Source: Candidatus Latescibacterota bacterium (lineage in GTDB: Bacteria; Latescibacterota; UBA2968; UBA8231). From it: a DNA stretch of 64,000 nucleotides. The position numbers were made by a program, and so were the translations under genes. The stretch lies in assembly GCA_965248355.1 (NCBI GenBank), contig OZ252098.1, positions 4,064,001-4,128,000 of the forward strand, written 5' to 3'. This document shows, piece after piece, positions 26,953-36,845 of the stretch. Below the pieces are notes generated by a model that made no database searches, had not been told where the DNA came from, and saw only the letters and a program-made list of their open reading frames with translations. Within the stretch, counting starts at the first letter, position 1; each line of letters opens with the position of its first letter.

Positions 26953-29430
26953 ATGAACAACATGTTCACCGATGGCGTGAAGCGGGTCATGCAGTTTGCC
27001 CGGGAGGAATCGGCGCGCCTCGGGCACAACTACATCGGGACCGAGCACCTCCTGCTGGGCATCATCAAGGAGGGCAAGGGCAAGGCCGTCACCATACTCA
27101 CCAACCTGGGGCTGAATCTCGATACGGTGAGGCAGTCGGTGGAGGACTACGTGGCCACCTCCGGCGGCACCATGACCATCGGCGAGGTTCCCTTCACCCC
27201 GCGGGCCAAGCAGATCCTCGAGGTCGCGGCCAACGAGGCCAAGGAGATGAAGACGCAGTTCGTCGACATCGAGCACCTCCTGCTGGCCCTGCTCAAGGAC
27301 AAGGAAGGCGTCGCCGCCCAGATCCTCGCCGCTTTCGGGGTCGACTACAAGGCCGCCACCGAAGAGACGGTGGCCGTCCTCGAGGGCAAGACCACGGGAC
27401 AGAGGGAAAAGGGCAAGAAGAGCAAGACCCCCTTCCTCGACCACTTCGGCCGCGACCTGACGCAGTTGGCCCGCGAAGGCAAGCTCGACCCCGTCATCGG
27501 CCGCGAGAAGGAGATCGAGCGGGTCACCCAGATCCTGTCCCGGCGCAAGAAGAACAACCCCATCCTGATCGGCGACCCCGGCGTCGGCAAGACGGCCATC
27601 GTCGAGGGCCTGGCGCAGCGCATCGTCGAGAAGCGCGTGCCCCAGATCCTGCTCGACAAGCGCCTGGTCACCCTCGACATGGGCGGCGTCGTGGCCGGCA
27701 CCAAGTATCGGGGCCAGTTCGAAGAGCGCATCAAGGCGGTGCTCAACGAGCTTCAGCAGACCCCCGACGTGGTCATCTTCATCGACGAGCTCCACACCAT
27801 CGTCGGCGCCGGCAGCGCCGAGGGCACCCTCGACGCCTCCAACATGTTCAAGCCGGCCCTGTCGCGGGGCGAGCTCCAGTGCATCGGCGCCACCACCCTC
27901 GACGAGTATCGCAAGTACATCGAGAAGGACGGCGCCCTCGAGCGCCGCTTCCAGTCGATCATGGTCGATCCGCCCTCCATGGAGGACACCGTCGAGATCG
28001 TCAAGGGACTGCGCTCGAATTACGAGAGCCATCACCACGTCACCTTCTCCGACGACGTGGTCGCCTTCGCCGTGCGCCAGGCCGACCGCTATATCTCCGA
28101 TCGCTACCTGCCCGACAAGGCCATCGACATCATCGACGAGACCGGCTCGCGGGTTCACCTCTCCCGCCTCAGCCCGCCCGGCGAGATCGGACGGCTCGAA
28201 GCGCAGATCCAGGAGATCGACCGCAGCAAGATGGAGTGCTCCGAAAAGCAGGAGTTCGAGGAGGCCGCCCGCCTGAGGGACAAGGCCCACACCCTGCGCG
28301 AGACTCTGCAGCAGAAGCGGCGGGCCTGGGAGGAGGAGGTCCGCAACGAGGTCGTGGAGGTCACCGAGGACGACATCGCCGAGGTCATCTCCTCCGTCAG
28401 CGGCGTGCCGATGCAGCGCCTGGCCGCCAGCGAGACCGAGCGCCTGCTCACCATGGAGCAGGATCTGCGCAAGCAGGTGGTGGGACAGGAGCAGGCCATC
28501 GCCACGGTCTCCAGGGCCATCCGCCGCAGCCGCGCCGGCCTGCAGGATCCCAAGCGGCCCATCGGCTCCTTCTTCTTCCTCGGCCCCACGGGCGTCGGCA
28601 AGACCTACCTGGCAGCCAAGCTCGCCGAGTTCCTCTTCGGCGACGAGGAGGCCCTCGTCACCGTCGACATGTCCGAGTACATGGAGAAGTTCTCCGTCTC
28701 CCGGCTCATCGGCGCCCCTCCGGGCTACGTCGGCTTCGACGAGGGAGGCCAGCTCACCGAGCGCGTGCGCCGCCGCCCGTACTCGGTGCTCCTGCTCGAC
28801 GAGATGGAGAAGGCCCACCCGGACGTCTTCAACATCCTGCTGCAGATCCTCGACGAGGGGCGGCTCACCGACAGCACGGGGCGCAGGGTGGACTTCCGCA
28901 ACACGGTGCTGATCATGACCTCCAACGTGGGCACCCGCGAGGTCGGCTCCGGGGGCGTCTTCGGATTCCAGAAGTCGGACGAGGAGTCCATGCAGGCCTT
29001 GATGGAGGAGAAGATCACCGACGCGCTGAAGAAGACCTTCAACCCCGAGTTCATCAACCGCATCGACGACACCGTCATCTTCCACGCTCTCACGCGCGAG
29101 GATATCGCGCAGATCATCGACATCTTCCTCGCCGAGTACAAGACACGGCTGGCCCACCGCGACATCCAGTTGCGGGTCACGCCCGGCGCCAAGAGCCTCA
29201 TCGCGGAGAAGGGCTTCGATCAGACCTACGGCGCCCGCTACCTGCGGCGCATGGCGCAGAAGCTGCTCGAGGATCCGCTGGCCGAGGAGATCCTTCAGGG
29301 CCGCTTCGGAGAGGGCAGCCGGGTCCGCGTCACCAAGAAGGGCGAGATGCTGGTCTTCGACGACGAGGGCGAGCTCGCCGGGCCCGCCGTCAGGGCGGCG
29401 GAAGAGAAGAAGTCCCAGAACGCCGGCTGA
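26953..29430 (+). CDS. clpC: ATP-dependent Clp protease ATPase ClpC
   Basis: Double Clp-N, two Walker A motifs ([16 protein letters not shown]), UVR M-domain, [11 protein letters not shown] loop. Confidence 0.96.
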   Translation: MNNMFTDGVKRVMQFAREESARLGHNYIGTEHLLLGIIKEGKGKAVTILTNLGLNLDTVRQSVEDYVATSGGTMTIGEVPFTPRAKQILEVAANEAKEMKTQFVDIEHLLLALLKDKEGVAAQILAAFGVDYKAATEETVAVLEGKTTGQREKGKKSKTPFLDHFGRDLTQLAREGKLDPVIGREKEIERVTQILSRRKKNNPILIGDPGVGKTAIVEGLAQRIVEKRVPQILLDKRLVTLDMGGVVAGTKYRGQFEERIKAVLNELQQTPDVVIFIDELHTIVGAGSAEGTLDASNMFKPALSRGELQCIGATTLDEYRKYIEKDGALERRFQSIMVDPPSMEDTVEIVKGLRSNYESHHHVTFSDDVVAFAVRQADRYISDRYLPDKAIDIIDETGSRVHLSRLSPPGEIGRLEAQIQEIDRSKMECSEKQEFEEAARLRDKAHTLRETLQQKRRAWEEEVRNEVVEVTEDDIAEVISSVSGVPMQRLAASETERLLTMEQDLRKQVVGQEQAIATVSRAIRRSRAGLQDPKRPIGSFFFLGPTGVGKTYLAAKLAEFLFGDEEALVTVDMSEYMEKFSVSRLIGAPPGYVGFDEGGQLTERVRRRPYSVLLLDEMEKAHPDVFNILLQILDEGRLTDSTGRRVDFRNTVLIMTSNVGTREVGSGGVFGFQKSDEESMQALMEEKITDALKKTFNPEFINRIDDTVIFHALTREDIAQIIDIFLAEYKTRLAHRDIQLRVTPGAKSLIAEKGFDQTYGARYLRRMAQKLLEDPLAEEILQGRFGEGSRVRVTKKGEMLVFDDEGELAGPAVRAAEEKKSQNAG

Positions 29431-29468
29431 GGAGCGGTTTCACCCGCCGGCCACGCCCCCGACCGACG

Positions 29469-29509
29469 AGCCGCCCTGTCGCAACCACGCCGCTGACAGG
29501 GCGGCTTTT
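29469..29509 (+). terminator. Rho-independent terminator after clpC
   Basis: AGCCGCCCTGTC...GACAGGGCGGCT stem followed by TTT. Confidence 0.75.
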
Positions 29510-29579
29510 CTCGGGGGGTACCGATCATCCCGGGCGGTGAGCGACCGGGCCGCCGCCCCCTTGAGGGAGGAGACCGAGA

Positions 29580-31895
29580 ATGGTCATGTCCCATGTTGCC
29601 CGGATCCCTGATCCAGCCCCAACCATCCGCCGCGCGGCGCTCTTGTGCGCCGCCCTGGTCCTGCCCGTCCTCGCCCAGCCCACGGTCGAGGAGATCGAGA
29701 TCCAGGGCGATCTGCGCCGGGTCGCCGAGTCCCTGATCCTCACGACCATCGGCCTCGAGCCGGGCGTCCACCTGTCCCAGGACAACGTGCAGGAGGCCGT
29801 GCGCGCCCTCGACGCCCTGCAGGTCTTCTCCGACATCCAGCTCTGGGCCGAGCCCGGTGAGAGCCCCCAGGGACTCAAGCTGATCGTCGTCGTTCAGGAG
29901 TACCCTACCCTGGAGGGGCTCCGTTTCCGGGGGCAGGACGAGCTCGATGAGAAGGACATGGAGGAGGCGATCGACCTCGTCGTGGGCCAGGTCGTCGCTC
30001 CCAAGGACGTGGCCCGGGGCCGCCAGCGCATCCTGGAGATGTACGGGGAAGAGGGCTACCTGCGGGCCGAGGTGGAGGGCCAGCTCTTCGACGGCGACGA
30101 GGAGGGTTCGGTGATCCTCCAGTTCGACATCGTCGAGGGGGACAAGGTCAAGATCGCGGCCATCGAGATCCACGGGAACGAGGCCTTCGACGACGGCAAG
30201 CTCCGCAAGCAGATGGAGACCAAGCCCAAGCGCTGGTACCGCAAGGGCGAGTTCCAGGCCGATGTCTTCGAGGAGGACAAGCAGCGCATCCTGGCCTTCT
30301 ACCGCTCCGAAGGCTACCAGCAGGCCGTCATCCTGCGCGACAGCATCTACTACGACGACAGCCGCCGCCGACTCTACCTCGACCTGGAGGTCGACGAGGG
30401 CCGGCGGTATTTCGTCCGCGACCTGGCGTGGGCGGGCAACGAGCTGTTCACCGACGAGGAGCTGGCGGGCCAGATGAGGGTGGAGCAGGGAGACGTGTTC
30501 GCGTACTCCGCCACCGAGCTGGCCTTCCTGGCCAAGAGCGCCTACTACGAGCGCGGCTATCTCGACACCGAGGTCATCCCCCACGAGCAGATCCACGCCG
30601 ACAGCATCGACGTCACCTTCCAGATCTTCGAGGGCGAGCCCTGGCGCATCCGCCGCATCGACTTCGCCGGCAACGTCAAGACCCGCGAGAAGGTCCTGCG
30701 CCGCGAGGTCGCCCTGCGTCCCGGCGACGTCTTCAAGTCGAGCCAGCTGCAGGAGAGCCAGCGCCGCCTGTACATGCTCGGCTTCTTCAAGGACGTGCAG
30801 GTCCAGGACCAGGCCAGCGTCGCCGGCGAGGAGAAGCTGATCGACCTGACCTTCAACGTCGAGGAGCAGCGCACGGGCGCCGCCTCCATGGGGGCGGGCT
30901 ACAGCGACACCTACAAGCTCGTCGGCAACATCGGCCTGCAGATCCCGAACTTCCGCGGCCGGGGGCAGAGCCTCGACTTCAACTGGGAGTTCGGCACCCG
31001 GCGCAAGCAGTTCCTCATGGGATTCACCGAGCCCTGGCTCTTCGACACGCCCACCACTTCCTCCGTTCGCGTCTACAGCCTCACCCAGCAGTACCTGGAG
31101 AACTTCGACTTCCATCGCAACTCGATCAGCGTGCGCCTCGGCCGCCGGCTCAAGAAGCCGGCCTTCGCCTCCGTCACCCTCGGATATCAGCTGCGGACAC
31201 AGAAGTACACCGACTTCTCTCAGGATGTCGACTCCAGCCTGCCCCAGTACGAGCCCCAGACCACCTCCAGCCTCGAGATCGTTTTCCGCCGGGACACGCG
31301 CGACCTGCCCGACTTCCCCACCCGGGGCTCGGTGATCAGCTATACGCCGGAGGTGGCCTCGTCGCTGATCGCCGGCGACGTCGACTTCCACCGCCACGAG
31401 CTGACCGCCAATATCTACCGGCCGAGTTTCTGGCGCTTCGTCCTCGCCCTGGAGACCAAGTTCGCCCTCATCGACGGGTTCTCGCCCTACGACGACACCC
31501 ACATCACCTTCTGGGACAAGTTCACCCCGGGCGGCGTCGACTGGTGGGACGGCCAGGTGCGCGGCTATCCCGACGCCTCTCTCGGCCCCCGCAGCCCCGC
31601 CGGCAACCCCCTCGGCGGCCGCTCGATGATGACCATGAATCTCGAGTACCGCTTTCCCATCACCGAGCGCCAGGTGGTGGGGCTGGTCTTCGCCGACGCC
31701 GGCAACGCCTGGGCCGGCATCCGCGACTTCAATCCCATCGACCTGCGGCGGTCCGCCGGCGTCGGCTTCCGCGTGATCACCCCCATGCTGGGCATGATCG
31801 GCTTCGACTTCGGCTACGGCTTCGACCGGCGCAAGGTCGACGGCCGCCGCCCGGGCCTGAGCACTCACTTCCAGTTCGGTCCGCGCTTCTTCTAG
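29580..31895 (+). CDS. bamA: Outer-membrane protein assembly factor BamA
   Basis: POTRA repeats, GNVKTREKVLRRE, VRGY, LEYRFP, C-terminal FQFG. Confidence 0.96.
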   Translation: MVMSHVARIPDPAPTIRRAALLCAALVLPVLAQPTVEEIEIQGDLRRVAESLILTTIGLEPGVHLSQDNVQEAVRALDALQVFSDIQLWAEPGESPQGLKLIVVVQEYPTLEGLRFRGQDELDEKDMEEAIDLVVGQVVAPKDVARGRQRILEMYGEEGYLRAEVEGQLFDGDEEGSVILQFDIVEGDKVKIAAIEIHGNEAFDDGKLRKQMETKPKRWYRKGEFQADVFEEDKQRILAFYRSEGYQQAVILRDSIYYDDSRRRLYLDLEVDEGRRYFVRDLAWAGNELFTDEELAGQMRVEQGDVFAYSATELAFLAKSAYYERGYLDTEVIPHEQIHADSIDVTFQIFEGEPWRIRRIDFAGNVKTREKVLRREVALRPGDVFKSSQLQESQRRLYMLGFFKDVQVQDQASVAGEEKLIDLTFNVEEQRTGAASMGAGYSDTYKLVGNIGLQIPNFRGRGQSLDFNWEFGTRRKQFLMGFTEPWLFDTPTTSSVRVYSLTQQYLENFDFHRNSISVRLGRRLKKPAFASVTLGYQLRTQKYTDFSQDVDSSLPQYEPQTTSSLEIVFRRDTRDLPDFPTRGSVISYTPEVASSLIAGDVDFHRHELTANIYRPSFWRFVLALETKFALIDGFSPYDDTHITFWDKFTPGGVDWWDGQVRGYPDASLGPRSPAGNPLGGRSMMTMNLEYRFPITERQVVGLVFADAGNAWAGIRDFNPIDLRRSAGVGFRVITPMLGMIGFDFGYGFDRRKVDGRRPGLSTHFQFGPRFF

Positions 31896-31931
31896 CCGGC
31901 CGACGCCACCCCGACCGAGAAAAAAAACCGA

Positions 31932-32483
31932 ATGCTCCGATTCCGCGGCCTCCCGGCCGTCCTCGCCGCCGGCCTCCTCCTGCCGGTCCAGCCCTCCAGC
32001 GCCGAGATCAAGATCGGCTACATCGACTCCGAGGTCCTGCGCGAGCGCCTGCCCGAGTTCAAGGACATCCAGCGGCAGCTCGACCGGCTGGTCCAGGGCT
32101 GGGAAAAGGAAGCCTTGGACAAGAACAGCAGGCTGGAGAAGATGAAGGAAGACTTCCGCAAGCAGGAGCTGCTCATGAGCGAGGCGCGCAAGGCGGAGCT
32201 CTTTGCGGAGTTGCAGCAGGCCGACCAGGCGTTGAAGGAGTTCAGCCAGCAGAGATTCCGCCCCGACGGCGAGTATTTCCAGAAGAACATCGAGCTCTCG
32301 TCCCCCGTCTTCGAGAAGGTCAACGCGGCGCTGAAGAAGCTGGCCGAGGAGGAGGGCTACGACTTCATCTTCGATGTCGCCGGGGGCGGGGGTATCGTCT
32401 ACGCCGATCCGGAGCGCTACAATCTCACCGAGGAGCTGCTGGTCCTTCTGGAGGAGGAGCGCGAGGAGGAGAGCAGTCCTTGA
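31932..32483 (+). CDS. skp: Periplasmic chaperone Skp/OmpH
   Basis: Signal peptide, KIGYIDS, coiled coil, GYDFIFD, IVYAD. Confidence 0.92.
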   Translation: MLRFRGLPAVLAAGLLLPVQPSSAEIKIGYIDSEVLRERLPEFKDIQRQLDRLVQGWEKEALDKNSRLEKMKEDFRKQELLMSEARKAELFAELQQADQALKEFSQQRFRPDGEYFQKNIELSSPVFEKVNAALKKLAEEEGYDFIFDVAGGGGIVYADPERYNLTEELLVLLEEEREEESSP

Positions 32484-32929
32484 CCGATCCCCTGGATCTG
32501 CAGGGAATCAAGGAGGCGATCCCCCACCGCTACCCCTTTCTGCTCGTGGACCGCATCCTCGAGCTCGACCCCGGAGAGCGGATCCTGGGGCTCAAGAACG
32601 TCACTGCTGACGAGCCGTTCTTCCCCGGCCACTTCCCCGGCTTCCCGGTCATGCCCGGCGTGCTCATCATCGAGGGCCTCGCCCAGACCGGCGCCGTCCT
32701 GATGCTCCGCGACGCCGGGCCCGGGCAGCTCCCCTTCTTCGGCGGCATCGACAAGGCCCGCTTCCGCCGCCAGGTCGTCCCCGGGGACCAGCTGCTGCTG
32801 GAGGTGACGGTTCTGCAGCGGCGCGCCGGGTCCTGCCGCTTGCGCGGCGTCGCCCGCGTCGAGAAGGATGTAGCCGCGCAAGCCGAGATCTTCGCCCTGG
32901 CCCGTCCGGCCCCCCCGGAGGCCGCTTGA
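32480..32929 (+). CDS. fabZ: 3-hydroxyacyl-ACP dehydratase FabZ (stand-alone, not LpxC-fused)
   Basis: PHRYPFLLVDR, KNVT, FFPGHFP, PVMPGVLIIE, ARFRRQVVPGD; TTG start overlapping the skp stop. Confidence 0.94.
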   Translation: MTDPLDLQGIKEAIPHRYPFLLVDRILELDPGERILGLKNVTADEPFFPGHFPGFPVMPGVLIIEGLAQTGAVLMLRDAGPGQLPFFGGIDKARFRRQVVPGDQLLLEVTVLQRRAGSCRLRGVARVEKDVAAQAEIFALARPAPPEAA

Positions 32930-32985
32930 CGGAGTCCGGGGGCGCGGCCCTGGCCGCCGGCCGGGGAACTCCGAATCCCGAGGCC

Positions 32986-33915
32986 ATGTCCAGCCTCCGT
33001 CACATCGTCGAGGCTCAGCAGTTCGACCGCGCCTCCCTGGCCCGGATCTTTTCGGTGGCCCGCGAGATGGAGCAGGTGGTCCGGCACTACGGGTCCAACA
33101 TCCTCAACCGGCGGGTCATGGCCACCCTGTTCTACGAGCCCAGCACCCGCACGCGCCTCTCCTTCGAGTCGGCCATGCGCCGCCTCGGCGGAGAGGTGAT
33201 CACCACCGAGAGCGCCCAGGAGTTCTCCTCCGCCGCCAAGGGGGAAACCCTCGAGGACACGATCCGCATCGTCGGCGGTTACGCCGACGTCATCGTGCTG
33301 CGCCACTTCGAGAGCGACGCCAGCCGAAGGGCCGCCGCCATCTCCCCGGTGCCGGTCATCAGCGCCGGTGACGGTCCCGGCCAGCACCCGACGCAGGCCC
33401 TGCTCGACGTGTACACCATCGAGCGTGAGATCGGACGCCTGGACGGGATCTCCGTCGCCCTCGTGGGCGATCTGGCCAATGGCCGTACGGCTCGATCCCT
33501 CTGCTACCTGCTGGCCAAGTTCGAGTCCCCGCGGATCTACTTCGTGGCCCCCGAGGTGGTTCGCATGCGCGGCGACATCAAGGATTATCTGGACCGCCAC
33601 GGAATCCAGTGGGAGGAGTCGGCCGATCTGGCCGCCGTGGCTGGACAGGTCGACGTCATCTATCAGACGCGGATCCAGCGGGAGCGCTTCGGCGACCGGG
33701 TGCGGGAATACCAGCAGGCTCGGGGCCGCTACATCGTCGACCGGTCCATCCTCGACCGCATGTCCGGGGAAGCCATCGTCATGCACCCCCTGCCCCGCGT
33801 CGACGAGATCGCGCCCGAGGTGGACCAGGATCCGAGGGCCGCTTACTTCCGGCAGGCTCACAACGGGCTCTATGTCCGTATGGCCCTGCTGCGCATGATC
33901 CTCGCAGGGCCCTGA
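32986..33915 (+). CDS. pyrB: Aspartate carbamoyltransferase catalytic subunit
   Basis: FYEPSTRTR, HPTQALLD, QTRIQRER, MHPLPR. Confidence 0.97.
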   Translation: MSSLRHIVEAQQFDRASLARIFSVAREMEQVVRHYGSNILNRRVMATLFYEPSTRTRLSFESAMRRLGGEVITTESAQEFSSAAKGETLEDTIRIVGGYADVIVLRHFESDASRRAAAISPVPVISAGDGPGQHPTQALLDVYTIEREIGRLDGISVALVGDLANGRTARSLCYLLAKFESPRIYFVAPEVVRMRGDIKDYLDRHGIQWEESADLAAVAGQVDVIYQTRIQRERFGDRVREYQQARGRYIVDRSILDRMSGEAIVMHPLPRVDEIAPEVDQDPRAAYFRQAHNGLYVRMALLRMILAGP

Positions 33916-33921
33916 GCCGCC

Positions 33922-33951
33922 TTGCCCGGCCCGCGCGGAGGGCGGTATACT
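33922..33951 (+). promoter_or_regulatory. Putative promoter for the small basic ORF
   Basis: TTGCCC, 18 nt, TATACT; the -10 overlaps palindrome ATACTAGTAT (33947-33956). Confidence 0.5.
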
Positions 33952-33989
33952 AGTATCCTTCTGAATCGACCCTATCCCGTCGAGAGAGC

Positions 33990-34103
33990 ATGGCATCCAG
34001 CAAAGGCAGAGACCGAAAAAAGGAGTTGAGGCGTCGCCGCCACCGGCGCCGCGAACGGATCAAGCAGAGGATCCGCGAGGCCAAGGCGGCCAAGAAGGCC
34101 TGA
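33990..34103 (+). CDS. 37-aa Arg/Lys-rich small protein (MASSKGRDRKKELRRRRHRRRERIKQRIREAKAAKKA); not in the ORF track
   Basis: Fills the pyrB-oxidoreductase gap; upstream promoter and GAGAG; ELRRRRHRR resembles DUF6800-type small proteins (from memory). Confidence 0.7.
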   Translation: MASSKGRDRKKELRRRRHRRRERIKQRIREAKAAKKA

Positions 34104-34133
34104 CCTCCCGATCCCTCCCCTCCCCCGTCCCCC

Positions 34134-35093
34134 ATGACCCAGCCATTGCGGGTCGCCGTCGCCGGAGCCAGCGGTATCGGGCGGCACCACGCCAACTGGC
34201 ATGCGCAGGTCGGCGGCGAGGTCGTGGCCATCCTCGGCAGCCGGACCGACCGTTGCGAGCGGACCCGGGCCCAGTTGAAGGAGATCTTCGGGTTTCGGGG
34301 CCGGATCTACACCAACCTGTCGGAATTGCTGCGGGCCGAGGCTCCCGCCGTGGTCGACGTCTGCACCCCGAACGAGCTGCACTACGACTGCGTGGCCCGG
34401 TCCCTGGAGGCCGGCAGCCACGTCTTGTGTGAGAAGCCCCTTGTGTGGGACCCGGCGGTCCCCGTCGAGCGCCTGCGCGGCCAGGCACGGGGGCTCGGCG
34501 AGCAGGCCCGCGCGTCCGGGCGTCTCCTCGGGCTGTGCACCCAGTACGCCTTCGCCATCGACCAGTACCGGCGCGTCCAGCCCGCTGTGGATCCGGACCG
34601 GGCAGCGACCTTCGAAGCCGAGCTGGAGACCCTGGCCCGCGGCTCGAGACGGGACGCGGCCACCGTGTGGATCGACATGGGGTCCCATCCTCTGAGTCTG
34701 ATCCTGGCGGTCATGCCCCGGGCCGAGATCGACGGTACCTCCTTGCGGGCCCGCTTCCGCGGACGGGAGGCGGAGGCGGAGTTCACCCTGCGCCAGGACG
34801 GCCGCAACTGCGACTGCCGCATCGTGGTGCGCGATCGCGATGAGGGTCCTCCCCTTCGGCGCTTCGGCTTCGACGGCCGAATGGCGGACTGCACCGGCCG
34901 TCCGGGAGAGGACGGTCTCTACCGTTCCGTCCTGACCGCTCTCGGCCGGGAGGACGTGGGCCAGGACTACATGCACCGGCTGATCGGCCAGTTCCACGAG
35001 GCCGTCACCGGGGCGGCCGAAGCGCCTCTCGTGTCCCCCGAAGTGGCGGTGCGCAACCTCGATCTCCAGTTGTCCATCCTCGAGGCGGCCTGA
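34134..35093 (+). CDS. Gfo/Idh/MocA-family oxidoreductase
   Basis: VAVAGASGIG, VCTPNELH, HVLCEKP, DMGSH. Confidence 0.9.
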   Translation: MTQPLRVAVAGASGIGRHHANWHAQVGGEVVAILGSRTDRCERTRAQLKEIFGFRGRIYTNLSELLRAEAPAVVDVCTPNELHYDCVARSLEAGSHVLCEKPLVWDPAVPVERLRGQARGLGEQARASGRLLGLCTQYAFAIDQYRRVQPAVDPDRAATFEAELETLARGSRRDAATVWIDMGSHPLSLILAVMPRAEIDGTSLRARFRGREAEAEFTLRQDGRNCDCRIVVRDRDEGPPLRRFGFDGRMADCTGRPGEDGLYRSVLTALGREDVGQDYMHRLIGQFHEAVTGAAEAPLVSPEVAVRNLDLQLSILEAA

Positions 35094-35103
35094 CGAGAGC
35101 GCC

Positions 35104-36780
35104 TTGCGGATCGCCGCCTCGTTGTGGGCGCCGGGGGCCGTGCTCGTTGCGGGGTTGGTCCTGCGGGTGTGGGGGCTGGGCTTCGGGCTGCCCCACACGG
35201 AGGCGCGGCCGGACGAGAGCCTGCTCGTCCACCGGGCCCTCGCCGTCGCCGGCGGCGACCTGAATCCGCACTTCTTCAACTATCCCAGCCTTCATATCTA
35301 TCTTCTGGCCGCCCTTTACGGCTTCCACTACCTCCTCCTGCGGCTCCTCGGAGATGCGGGCGGCGCCCAGGACTTCCTCTCCCGCTTCTTCGTCGACCCG
35401 GCCGGGATCTACCTCTGGGGCCGCGCCCTGACGGCGGCCATGGGGACGGCCACGCTGGTCTGGATCTACCGGGCGGCTCGATCGATCCATGGCCCGGCGG
35501 CGGGTCTGGGAGCGGCGATTCTCGGGGCGGGGGCCTTCCTCCACGTGCGGGACTCGCACTTCCTCACCGTCGACGTGCCCGCCACCTTCTGGGCCGCCGG
35601 CTCCCTTGCCATGGCCGTACAGCATCTGGGAGACGGGCGCCGGGGGACCCTCCTGGCCGCAGCGGTCCTGGGGGGCCTGTCGGCCTCGACGAAGTACAGC
35701 ACCGCTCTGTTTCTGCCGGCCCTCCTCCTGGCGGCGTACTCCTCTCCCATGGCCTGGCCCCGGTGGCGCACGATTACGGCCGTCCTGGTGGCCTGGGGGG
35801 TCGCCTTCGCGGCCGGCTCCCCCCATGTCGTCCTCGACGCCCAGGCCTTCTGGCGGGATCTCGCCTTCGAGTGGCGTCACTTTGGCCGGGGCCACGGGAT
35901 CGACTTGGGCAACGGCTGGATCTACCACCTGACCTTCAGCCTGCGTCACGGCCTTGGGTGGCCGCTCCTGGCCGCCTCACTGGCCGGGCTATGCTGGCTC
36001 GCCGCGCGCCGAGGGCCCGCCGACCGTGTCATCCTGGCTGGCGTGGTGGTGTATTTCCTCGTGGCCGGGGCCGGCGCGAGCCTGTTCGTGCGCTATGTGA
36101 TCCCCCTCGTGCCGCTGGCGTGCGTGGCCGCGGCCTGTGGACTCTCCAGGGCCGCGGGAGGGAGGATGGCGTCCACGGTTGCTGCGTGCCTGCTCCTGGC
36201 AGCGCCTCCCACCGCCGCCTCCCTGGCCCACGATCGCCTTCTGGCGCGGACCGATACCCGGGTTCTGGCGGCGTCCTGGATCGAGAAGCACGCCGAAGCC
36301 GGGGCCAGGGTGGCCTTTACGGGCAGCTCCTACGGCCACCCGCAGCTGCGGCCGGAGCAGGCCTGGATCGAGCGTCAACTGCGAGAGGTGAGGCGGGCGG
36401 GGGATCGCGGCCGACGCCTGGACCTGCAGAAGCAGGACCCTGCCTATCCCCCCCCTCCCGCGTACGACCTTGTCGAGCTGCGCGAGGGCAATCCGCGCGA
36501 ACTCTCATCCATCTGGCCTCTCCTCCCACCTTCGGAGCTGCGGGCTCGCGGGGTGGACTGGCTGGTCGTTCAGCAGCATCCGCTGGCCTACGCCGTCCTC
36601 CCGGTGACGCTGGCCGTGGAGCTGTCCGTCCTGCAGCCGGCGGTCGAGTTCGACCCCTTCGAATGCGGAACCGGGGCCGCCGTGTACGACCCCCTCGACG
36701 CGTATTACGCCCCCCTGAGCGGCCATGGCGCCCTTCGTCGGCCGGGCCCCCGCCTGCGGATCTACCGCCTGGCAGATTGA
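35104..36780 (+). CDS. GT39/ArnT-PMT-like membrane glycosyltransferase (GT-C)
   Basis: RPDE, LNPHFFNYPSL, SHFLTVD, STKY, RYVIPLVP; many TMs; start uncertain. Confidence 0.85.
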   Translation: MRIAASLWAPGAVLVAGLVLRVWGLGFGLPHTEARPDESLLVHRALAVAGGDLNPHFFNYPSLHIYLLAALYGFHYLLLRLLGDAGGAQDFLSRFFVDPAGIYLWGRALTAAMGTATLVWIYRAARSIHGPAAGLGAAILGAGAFLHVRDSHFLTVDVPATFWAAGSLAMAVQHLGDGRRGTLLAAAVLGGLSASTKYSTALFLPALLLAAYSSPMAWPRWRTITAVLVAWGVAFAAGSPHVVLDAQAFWRDLAFEWRHFGRGHGIDLGNGWIYHLTFSLRHGLGWPLLAASLAGLCWLAARRGPADRVILAGVVVYFLVAGAGASLFVRYVIPLVPLACVAAACGLSRAAGGRMASTVAACLLLAAPPTAASLAHDRLLARTDTRVLAASWIEKHAEAGARVAFTGSSYGHPQLRPEQAWIERQLREVRRAGDRGRRLDLQKQDPAYPPPPAYDLVELREGNPRELSSIWPLLPPSELRARGVDWLVVQQHPLAYAVLPVTLAVELSVLQPAVEFDPFECGTGAAVYDPLDAYYAPLSGHGALRRPGPRLRIYRLAD

Positions 36781-36845
36781 CAAGGCCTGAAGAAGACCTA
36801 GATACAGACGGTTGCCCGGACGCTCGCGAATCGAAGGAGGGATTC

